This document shows, piece by piece, positions 53,277-64,000 of a stretch of DNA of 64,000 nt (within the stretch, counting starts at the first letter, position 1; each line of letters opens with the position of its first letter). This stretch comes from Octopus sinensis (Eukaryota). The stretch lies in the NCBI RefSeq assembly GCF_006345805.1, contig NC_043001.1, forward strand, positions 53,320,001 to 53,384,000, written 5' to 3'. The position numbers and the translations under genes are program-made. Under the pieces are notes generated by a model that did no database searches, was not told the origin of the DNA, and was given only the letters and a program-made list of their open reading frames with translations.

Positions 53277-53423
53277 TGTGTGGTAAGTAGCTTGCTAACC
53301 AACCACATGGTCCGGGTTCAGTCCCCACTGCGTGGCATCTTGGGCAAGTTTCTTCTGCTATAGCCCCGGGCCGACCAATGCCTTGTGAGTGGATTTGGTA
53401 GACGGAAACTGAAAGAAGCCTGT

Positions 53424-53462
<39 letters not shown>

Positions 53463-53635
53463 TTGTGTGCTGGTGTGTTTACATCCCCCGTCACTTAGCG
53501 GTTCGCAAAAAGAGACCGATAGAATAAGTACTGGGCTTACAAAGAATAAGTCCCGGGGTCGATTTGCTCGACTAAAGGCGGTGGCTCCAGCATGGCCGCA
53601 GTCAAATGACTGAAACAAGAAAGAAAAAAGAAAAA
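53273..53635 (+). mobile_element. SINE family A (tRNA head, CORE-like ttgggcaag, central TA/TG repeat)
   Basis: tggctgtgtggtaagtagc (A-box-like), ccgggttcagtcc (B-box-like), ttgggcaagt; tail gactgaaacaag plus A-rich repeats. Confidence 0.9.
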
Positions 53636-53707
53636 AGAAAGAATATATATTATATTATATATATATATACACACGTTCACACACACACACAGACACATAC
53701 AGATACA

Positions 53708-53784
<77 letters not shown>

Positions 53785-54141
53785 GAGACCTAAAAATTAT
53801 ACAGTAAACCTGCGTATACATGTATAATAGTAGATATGTATGTGTATATAGATATATATACATATATATGCATATCTTTATAAATTTATACACACAAACA
53901 TTCACACTCACAATTCAAAACACGCACACACACAGACACACACATACACACATATCTTATCTTTTGTTTCAGTCATTATATTAAGGCCATGCCTGCCCAC
54001 GGCCTTCACAGATCGACCCCACTATACTATCTTTTTTAAAGCCAACTGCTAAGTTACGTGGGTGTCAATACATCAAGAGCAGTTTCTCAAGTGGGGAGAA
54101 ACATAGTTACAAAATAAACACACACTCACAGACAGGCACAC

Positions 54142-54205
<64 letters not shown>

Positions 54206-54489
54206 CATCTATGCAAAATATATATATCATCAAGACTCCAAGTATGAAGGATCATTCAAATTACACATAAATTATCGTTTACATATTACTAATCAATTTG
54301 TCTCCTAACCATATACAGCCCATCAATAGGGAAATGTAAATAATGATGATGATGATGATGATGATGACGACAACGATAATAATGATAATAATAATAATAA
54401 CAACAACAACAACAAAAACAATAATAATAATCATAATAATAATAATAATAATAATAATAATCATAATAATAATAATAATAATAATAATA

Positions 54490-54923
54490 ATCATTTCTAG
54501 TATAGGCACAAGGATTTGCATTGGTGAAGGGGACTAGTCGATCACATCGACGCCATTGTTTATATGATAATTAATTCATCGAATCCGAGAGAATGAAAGG
54601 CAAAGTCGACTCCTGCGTAAGTTGAACTCAGAACTTAAAGACAGACGAAATGTCCGCCAAGCATTTTTGCCGGCGTGCTATCGATTCTGCCAGCTCACCG
54701 ATTTTGGTCTCAAATTTTGGCACAAGATCCACAACTTTGGAAGGAGATAAGTCGATTATGTTGATCCCGGTGCTCAACGGGTACTTATTTTATCGACCCC
54801 GAAAGGAAGAAAGGCAAAGTCGACGTCAGCGAAATTTGAACTCAGAACGTAAAGAAGAGCGAAATTACGGCTACGAATTTGCTTGGTGCGCTAACGATTC
54901 TCCCAACTCGCTGCCTTAATAAC

Positions 54924-54963
<40 letters not shown>

Positions 54964-55219
54964 TAATAATAATAATAATGATAATAATAATAATAATAAT
55001 AATAATTATAATAATAATAATAATAATGGTTTCAATTTTTTCCCCAAGGGTAACATTTTCTGTGTGGACATGAGTCGATCACATCGAGCCCAGTGTTTCA
55101 ACAGTATTCACTGAAAAGCAAAGTCGACCTCCGCGGACTTTGAACTCAGAATCTGAAGACAGGCGAAATACCACTGAGCTTTTTGTTCAGCGTTCTAAAG
55201 AGTCTGCAAACTCGCCGCC
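54490..55219 (-). mobile_element. Chain of three head-to-tail SINE family B copies within (AAT)n/(GAA)n microsatellites
   Basis: Copies at about 54490-54700, 54707-54915 and 55027-55219. Confidence 0.88.
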
Positions 55220-55273
55220 TGAAGGAGAAGAGGAAGAAGAAGAAGAGGAAGAAGAAGAAGAAGAAAAGAAGAG

Positions 55274-55305
<32 letters not shown>

Positions 55306-55464
55306 GTAGTAGTAGTAGTAGGACGGAGGAGGAGGAGGAGGAGGAGAGAAGAAGAAGAAGAAGGTGAAAGAGGAGAAAAAGAAGAAGAAGAAGGAGGAGA
55401 AGGAGAACAAGATCAAGAACAAGAAGAACAAGTACAAAAGCAAAAACAAGAACAAGAACAAGAA

Positions 55465-55860
55465 CATGATGGCCGGACATTATAGATACGGAAACGTGAC
55501 GTTGCGCACTGATCGACCCACCATACCCGTTTTATTCCAGGATGGTAAAGAAAGAGTATCAAAACAAAAAAAATACAAGCCCATAAAATTTAAAAAAGGG
55601 AGACTTTGGAGCATAAGAACAGTAACGGTCGTGCCTATAATAACTGGCGAATTGGGAACAGTAAACAAAGATATAGAGAAATGTCTGAAGGATTATAGAA
55701 TAGAATGCTATGTAGTTTGTTTCTAGGCGGAGTAAGGATTATCAATAGGGTTCTAAGCACTTGGAGGACAGCTGAAATCTAGTGGGTACTTGTGGTTACA
55801 GGTTGTAACCCGCTACTACATAAATCGTACCAGGAATAACACTGAACCTTAGCAAAACTA
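55465..55860 (+). mobile_element. R4/Dong-like 3' fragment
   Basis: QKKYKPIKF...RLWSIRTVTVVPIITGELGTV endonuclease-end motif; ends at (TAA)n. Confidence 0.7.
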
Positions 55861-55941
55861 AACTAATAATAATATAATAATAATAATATAATAATATAAT
55901 AATATAATAATAATAATGATGATGATATAATAGTAATAATA

Positions 55942-55977
<36 letters not shown>

Positions 55978-56099
55978 GAAGAAGAAGAAGAATAGAACAA
56001 GAATAAGAAGAAGAAGAGAGAAGAAGAAGAAGAAGAAGAAGAAGAAGAAGAAGAACAACAACAACAACAACAACAGCAATATCATCAACAATAATTATT

Positions 56100-56620
56100 A
56101 TTATTATAAAATATCACTATACTCTGGGATTTTCCAGTTAACACCGACATAACGATCCAGACTAATCGACCAGACATAGTCATTATGGAGCGAGAAGAAA
56201 ATACTTGTAGACTAATAGATGTAAGTGTTCCCACTGTTGAAAAAGTATTTGTAAAGGAATTTGATAAAGTAGATATAAGGATCTGGAAAATGGAATACAA
56301 GAAATGTGGTATCCTAAAGCGAGAACTGTTCCTGTTATTGTCGCTACCCTAGGTATGATATTAAAGAGATGTCAAAAACATGTATGTAATATCTCAGGAG
56401 AACCATGTTTCAGAGAAATCCAAAAGATTCTGCTGACTAGCACTGCCCACAACCTTAGAAAAACCCTATAAATTTAAATGTCTGTGTTGTATTACATCAA
56501 GATATTTCGCTACCGATGTTGCCACTTATCCGCCCCCAAGCTTTCAATGGTATTGTAATATTTTTTTTCTTCACTTGCCCTAGGATGCTGATTGTTCTCG
56601 GAAAGTGATTGTAACATTCA
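56100..56620 (+). mobile_element. R4/Dong-like 3' fragment (endonuclease end + 3' UTR)
   Basis: NITILWDFPVNTDITIQTNRPDIVIMEREENTCRLIDVSVP; the 3' UTR ttgccctagga resembles that of the 15.9-19.1 kb copy; starts at a TAA/TTA tract. Confidence 0.88.
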
Positions 56621-56631
56621 CGCAGATCCTC

Positions 56632-57064
56632 TACATCGTTTTGCCTTGGTATAAAAGATGGATTCTAGCAAAGATTGTGCTCAATACACAGATTTGTCAC
56701 TTGTTTGACCATAACCAGTTGAGAATGCCCCTTAATAGCTGACAATGTGTGCATCTCTGAACATGAGCAGAAATATTGGGTGGGGGGAGCATCATGGCCT
56801 GGTGTTGAAAGTAAATATTTGGAGTTTGGACAATTCAACCCAGGAAACATGGGTGTTTCATTTAACTATCTTACACAACCCTTATTCAGGGACCTTTTGA
56901 GTGGGATGGGCTAGTCGACCCCCCCCCTACAGGATCAAGCGCTGTTTATCTTGCTATGAGATCACCATGTTGCACACAAATGTTTGTGATGAATGTGCCT
57001 GGTGTACCCTTATCAAATGGGTACTCGTGAGAGGTATACTGGGCATGTACTGTTTTCTCACTCA
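56632..57064 (+). repeat. Unclassified ~540-bp repeat, copy 2 (5'-shortened)
   Basis: Aligns to 35070-35550 and ends ctcactca. Confidence 0.8.
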
Positions 57065-57274
57065 AAGGTAAAACTACTACTACTACTACTACTAATAATA
57101 ATAATAATAATAATAATAGTAATAATAATAATGATAATAATAATAATAGTAATAATATAATAATAATAATAATAATAGTAATAATAAAATAATAATAATA
57201 ATAACGTAACAACCACAACAACCACAAAACACACAAAACACAACACAACAACACAACATCAAAAAATAATAATA

Positions 57275-57606
57275 GTTTGTCCTGATGCAATACCAGAAAG
57301 TGTCTGTCATGGCTTCTGAACTTAACAGATTGAAAGCGTTAGCATGTACATTGTTTTGTTTTGGTATAAAAGATGGACTACAGGAAATATTCTACTCATT
57401 CCCATAGATTTTCTTTTCAGTTGTTTGACCATAACCAGTTGAGGATGTCCCTTAGTGGCTGACGATATGTGCTTTTCTGATCACGAGCAGACGTAATGGG
57501 GAGTATCACAGCCATGTGCTGAGAGGAATTCTTTGGGGTTTCAATAATTCACCTCTGAAAACATGCGTGTTTTGTTCAACATTTTTAAACAATCCTTATT
57601 CAGGGG
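57275..57606 (+). repeat. Unclassified ~540-bp repeat, copy 3 (3'-truncated)
   Basis: Starts right after aataataat and aligns to 35030-35330. Confidence 0.8.
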
Positions 57607-58839
57607 TGATGATATTTTTTAATAAAGGCAAAATTCGTGAAATTTTGTTTGAAGTGGGTACTCAGTGAAATGTATCCCAGTTATCAAGTGGTAGATATTT
57701 CATCGATTCTGAAAGGATGAAAGGCAGAAGCGACCTTGGTGATAGTTTCATTCAGAGCACAAATAGGAAGAAATGACACCAAATATTTTGTCCGTGTGCT
57801 AAAAGTTCTGGCAGCTTAACCAATTAACATTGTTTCCTACAATTGGCAGAAGGCATGCACATTTTGTTGTGAAGTGGATACTCGATGTCATTTACCTCAG
57901 TTCTGAATTCATTCCTTTTTATCGTTCTTATAGAGGAAATGAAACTTTAACTTAGGCTGAATTTGAACTGAAAATGTGGAGGCAGGCGCAGTGTCTGTTC
58001 GGTGTGTTATCGGTTTATATTAATAATAATATAAGTATATATATATATATACATATATGTGTGTGTGTGTGTGTATGTATGTGTGTGTGCGTGCGTGCGT
58101 GTGTGTATGTGTGAGTGTGTATATATATATATATAATATATATAGAGAGAGAGAGAGAGAGAGGGAGTTGGAGAAAGAGAGAGATGAACTAGAGTTTGTT
58201 ACATGAAAATACGTGTGTGTGTGTGTGTGCGTGTGTAGTGCGAATATATGCTTACGGCATATAATTAGTATGTAGATCACATATATTTATTGTGTTTATA
58301 TTGCCAAAAATGTGTTTATATTGCGAACTATAAAACTGTGGGAGACTACTTATTTAGATGAGCGTTCGAGCTACGGGTCCCGTTTCTTTCAATGGCTACA
58401 GAGTACATCGAAATTATCATTGATCGTAAGAACATAGCAGAATACCGGGCCAGGCTTAGAGAAACCGTCCAATCCAGATTTAGTGAAACCCTTGAAAGGA
58501 AGCAATTTAAGCTCCAAAATAACATTATGTTACTCCATTACTCTCGACCGGTATGTAAGAGAAGGTATTAGATATAAACTACAAAAGATGAAAATTTAAA
58601 CAAAACAATACAAGAATTTGCATGCAGCAACTATCCCTGTTTAATCTTCACGGCCGAATGGTAAAGAGGAGAATCTTAAAATTTCGAAACCGCAATCAAT
58701 GAAAACGAGTTGTATGAGAAGCAACTTTTTCTTATATTCAAGTAATTGCATACACGCATATATAAAAGTGCATATATATGAATGCACGCGTATAAAGGTA
58801 TATAAAGAAACATACAGACACATGAAAACACATTATATA

Positions 58840-58890
<51 letters not shown>

Positions 58891-59322
58891 ATATATATAA
58901 TATTTAGCAATATGTGCGCGCGGGTAATATATATTTTGAGAAGTAAGCATTTCACAATGATTTCAATGTTTCGTTACAATTGCATTCATAGTTTGAGGAA
59001 TGAGGAAGTGAACGCACAGATAATTCGAAGACACTGTTAGTCCTTTCATTGCAAATCAAATAAATATAATTATTTATATCAATATCCTGAATGGTGTCTC
59101 AACTACAATTTGAATGACTTCATATGTAACTCTGAAAAATAGAATATTAATTTACACAGAGTATGTGTATCATTTTGTCATTAAATCGATACGTGTGTGT
59201 TTGTGTGTGTGTGTGTAGGTGTTCCAGTAATAACGCCTATACATCGAAATGCATAATGAGATATATATATATAGAAGCATATATATTTATGTGTCTCATT
59301 ATGTATACACACACACGCGCGC

Positions 59323-59384
<62 letters not shown>

Positions 59385-59574
59385 AGACTATTATATATAT
59401 ATATATACACATATATATATATATATCAATCATATATACATATATAATATATAAATTTGTAGATGTATACATATGTATATAAATTGCATATATGTAGATG
59501 CATATATGTATATATATGTATATATATATATGCGTGTGTGTGTGTGTGTGAGTGTGTGTATGTGCCTGTGTGTG

Positions 59575-59886
<312 letters not shown>

Positions 59887-59907
59887 CTGCGTGGGTGTCT
59901 ATATAAT

Positions 59908-60234
59908 CTTTTACTCATTTACTTGTTTCAGTCATTTGACTGTGCCCATGTTGGAGCACCGCCTTTAGTCGAGCAAATCGACCCCAGGACTTATTCTTTT
60001 ATAAGCCTTGTACTTATTCTATGGGTCTCTTTTGCCGAACTGCTAAGTGAAGGAGACATAAACACAACAGCATCGGTTGTCAAGCAATGCTAGGGGGACA
60101 AACACAGACATACAAACATACACACACATATATATATATATATATATGCATATATACGACGGGCTTCTTTCAGTTTCGGTCTGCCAAATCCAGGCTTTGG
60201 TTGGCTCGAGGCTATAGTAGAAGACACTTGCCCA
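59908..60234 (-). mobile_element. SINE family A, 5'-truncated
   Basis: Reverse complement of the 53340-53620 region. Confidence 0.88.
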
Positions 60235-61141
60235 CGAATATATATATATACTTATATGTCTACATATATATAAGCATCTATTTAGACACACGTTTGTGTT
60301 AATATGTGTGTGTGTGTGTGTGTGTGTGTGTTGTGTTGTGTGTGAATTTATGTACATAGGAGGAGCGTGACATACATTAGTTAACAAATCTGTGTCTTCC
60401 ATATAGTTGTCTTTCTCTGCCTCTATACTTACATGTGTAGATGTATACACATATACATGTATTAATATATACATACATATATGTGCGTGTATGTGTGTAT
60501 GTGTATGTTTGTGTGTGTGTATGTATGTATATATACACGCTTGTCATCTAGTCATTTTCCCCACTTATTACTCGATTCATCTAACTGAAGAAATGTACAC
60601 ACACGTGGAACCTTAAATGAGAGAAATATGTAAGCCTAATGAACTATTTTCATTTTTTCACTTTTCTTTTTCCTTCTCCTTTTCCCCCTGTCTTTATTCA
60701 TCCGATAAACTCTAAATCATTCTGACGGTATTTGTTAAATGGAACGAGACAAATGCAAATTTACCAAAAAGATAACAAACTGAAACAGCTGTAAATTTTT
60801 TTTAAACTGTGACCTTTTATTACCAATGATCAACTTCTAATTGGTAATTGTTGCTCTATTTCTTTTCTTATCTGAATATATTAAACCACGGTTTACCATT
60901 CAAATTACCAACTATTGTTAACCTTATAGCAAGGCCTATACATAGGGAAGTAATACACCAGCAATGTTTACGGATACAGTTATCCCTTAAAGGTTGCATA
61001 ACCTCTAACTCATTATTTTTCTATATACGCTTATACCTCTATACATTTATACATGTATACATACATACATGTGTACATATATACATTTATACTTCTATGC
61101 ATATACATATATAAGCCTATATATGTAAATATATATGTGTA

Positions 61142-61230
<89 letters not shown>

Positions 61231-61429
61231 GTATATGTACATATGTTTATGTATATATAAATATATACACATATACACGCATACACTTATACAAATGCAA
61301 CGCACTTCCACTCCTGATCCATGAACATACGTATATATATACACAAACATAAGTGTATGCATATATGTATGTATGTTTGTATATATGCATGCATATATGT
61401 ATGTATGCATGTATGTGTGCGTATGTATG

Positions 61430-61795
61430 TATGTATGTAGGTAGGTAGGCATGTAGGTATGTAGGTAGGTATGTGTGTATGTATGTATGTATGTAGGTAG
61501 GTAGGTAGATAGGTAGGTAGGTAGAAAGGTATGTAGATAGGTAGGTAGGTAGATAGGTAGGTAGATAGGTAGGTAGGTAGGTAGGTAGGTAGGTAGGTAG
61601 GTATGTAGATAGGTAGGTAGGTAGATAGGTAGGTAGATAGGTAGGTAGGTAGGTAGGTAGGTAGGTAGGTAGGTAGGTAGGTAGGTAAGTAGGTAGGTAG
61701 GTAAGTAGGTAGGTAGGTAGGTAGTTATGTAGGTAGGTAGGTAGGTAGGTAGGTAGGTAGGTAGGTAGGTAGGTTGGTAGGTTGGTTGGTTGGAA
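61430..61795. repeat. (GGTA)n tetranucleotide array
   Basis: Directly visible; source of the LPTY-repeat ORF. Confidence 0.97.
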
Positions 61796-62572
61796 GCTTT
61801 CTAAGTATGTATTTATGAATTCCATGAATTGATTTGAAAATTTGATTTGTACCCCGAAATATAAGTTCTACTTATTTCCAAATAGGATTCCTCTTCGTTC
61901 AAATTTTTATAGCTCTTTACCTGAGGCAAGTTATCAAGAATGAAAAGTTCTTTGTCAATTTTCGAAACAGCATAGCCCAACAGAAACCACATGTTAAAAT
62001 AGGAAAATAATATTTCGAGTGATATTGGTATTCTATTTCAATGACCTAAAAGCTACTAAACAAGACACTGATTTACTATCCCATTATATGCATGGAGCTA
62101 AGTATCTGGTGCATCTGAACTCTCCCCTTTCATTGTTGACTAAAGGAGAAACGTTAATTTCCAAATAATTTCAAAACGGTATTGCTTCGAAAAATGCCTT
62201 AAAAATTTAGAGAGCTTGATAAGGTCGTCATCTGAATGAAATTTCAACATCGAGTATAGTCAGCTGAAAACCAGAAACGAAATGGAATTCGTGAGAATAA
62301 ACCAGTTATTTATACAGGTGTCGCTAATAATGTTAAATGAAGATTGTACAAAAGGTTTCCTAGATAGGTCTCGTAAAATATCATGATATTTCTTCAGACA
62401 GTAAAGAAATATATAACAGCGATTAAGCATACAATTCCGAAGATCTGGTGTATGAAACAGAATCCAGCAGTAATTATATGCATTTCTTTTATAAGACATT
62501 AAGCAGAATTTAAGATTTGTATGCTGAGCTGTGCATATTACCTTTTGAATTTTGCTCAAAGAACAGATATGC

Positions 62573-62610
<38 letters not shown>

Positions 62611-62686
62611 ATATACATGTACAACGTAATTAGAACGATTAATTATATATACAATATATGCAAATGGATATATAGATTACATAGAT

Positions 62687-62709
<23 letters not shown>

Positions 62710-62726
<17 letters not shown>

Positions 62727-62731
62727 TTGTG

Positions 62732-62762
<31 letters not shown>

Positions 62763-62812
62763 CACATTGTTTTCTATTTGTATCACTATCTTAGAAAGCC
62801 ATATACATTCCT

Positions 62813-62870
<58 letters not shown>

Positions 62871-62894
62871 TATATATATGTGTGTGTGTTTGTG

Positions 62895-62927
<33 letters not shown>

Positions 62928-62980
62928 CACATTGTTTTCTATTTGTATCACTATCTTTAGAAAGCCATATACATTCCTCC

Positions 62981-62985
<5 letters not shown>
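62710..62985. repeat. ~165-bp tandem duplication among TA/TG repeats
   Basis: Core atcacattgttttctatttgtatcactatc...cattcctcc at 62761-62814 and 62926-62980, differing by one base. Confidence 0.9.
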
Positions 62986-63017
<32 letters not shown>

Positions 63018-63180
63018 ATATTATAATATATATATATAACATATATATATGACATGGAGTGCCATAGTGTGTACATATAGAAATATATATATACATATGT
63101 TACTTATATAATACGTACGTATACATGTATATGTGTGCATGTATGCGTGTGTGTTGTTATATCGGTGAATAGTCAAATGT

Positions 63181-63434
63181 TTTGCCGATTAATCACACGC
63201 ACTTTAAACTAGTTCTTCTCTACAGCTTTATTATTATTCTTACTTTAGTGTCTATAAATGAAATCTTTCGTCGCCCATTCTGCGACGTCTTCTTTGGCTC
63301 TACACCTGGGGTGGAGAATCGCTGAAGATGTCACAGGTGTATGACAAAGCTTTCAGACAAAGGACACTAAAGTGAGAATGATAATAAAGCTGAAGTAAAG
63401 AACAATTATTTAGTGCGTCTGATTAACTGGCAAA
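63181..63434 (+). repeat. 72-bp inverted repeat pair enclosing a decayed hammerhead motif (PLE pLTR-like)
   Basis: 63181-63252 and 63363-63434 are reverse complements (about 80%). Between them lies CTGAAGA-t-gtca-caggtgta-tgac-aaagctttc (63322-63354). Confidence 0.7.
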
Positions 63435-63950
63435 GATTATGACCATCCCCAAACATAACAATATATGTTTCATCACACAAGTTCACATCAGGAATCTCGC
63501 AAAAAAATACGGGAATGTATATGTGGATGATTGCCTTCATACATGTATTTATCAGTAGTTTGTACAGATACTCTAACTGCTTGCACACTAAATATCATAT
63601 AAAATTATCCCAATATTTTGTTAAATATCTTGCATCATTTTAGCACCGAAGCTCTTATATACAACCCATACGCATGTCCTCAGCCACTCACACATTTACG
63701 CACAACCATGATTTGATGCATGTGTATATGTGTGTAGATGTGTGTATATATATATTTGTAAATACCATGTGTGTATATGTATGTGTATATATACTATATA
63801 CCAACTTATGTCCAGTTGATATATATAAAGATATATATAATTTAAAATAATAAGGGTGAGAAACTAAATTTTAGTTTGATTAATATCAATTTAAAACCAG
63901 TGGTCTAGCATATTAAAATCTGAAGATTTATATTTGCAAAGACGATTATA

Positions 63951-64000
63951 CTGATGAGTTACGGACAATTACGTAAGTAATTACGTAATTGGTAATAACG
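63951..64000 (+). ncRNA. 5' part of a hammerhead ribozyme with extended stem II, truncated by the window end
   Basis: CTGATGA-gtta ... caattacgtaa-GTAA-ttacgtaattg ... taac-G; perfect 11-bp hairpin with a GNRA loop. Confidence 0.6.

Noticed and set aside
53273-53345. tRNA gene
   Set aside because: A/B-box-like motifs continue into a SINE body and no complete cloverleaf is evident.
62710-62985. Tandem duplication as a functional element
   Set aside because: Near-identical copies embedded in TA repeats are best explained by slippage or an assembly artefact.

Overview
AT-rich, microsatellite-saturated eukaryotic non-coding DNA. The SINE families and repeat landscape look like a coleoid cephalopod (Octopus-like); this is my inference from recall, not a database result. 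I find no host protein-coding gene, tRNA, rRNA or CRISPR array, and almost all ORF-track entries are translations of (TA)n, (AAT)n, (TACA)n or (GAA)n tracts. The window is a transposon graveyard. It holds one nearly intact R4/Dong-type non-LTR retrotransposon (RT + CCHC + restriction-like endonuclease, 15.9-19.1 kb) and five decayed relatives, four of them ending at (TAA)n like the intact copy. It also holds three L1/Tx1-like fragments, an RTE remnant, Penelope-like (PLE) remnants, a Mutator-like transposase remnant, two probable Helentron-associated elements and many tRNA-type SINEs, some chained head-to-tail through microsatellites. The most interesting signal missed by the ORF track is a set of minimal Type I hammerhead ribozyme motifs. 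One is a fully pairable minus-strand hammerhead (40850-40966) inside a partial tandem repeat with a 491-nt cleavage-to-cleavage period (retrozyme/pLTR-like). A convergent plus-strand hammerhead lies at 40529-40575, and another is cut off by the window end.
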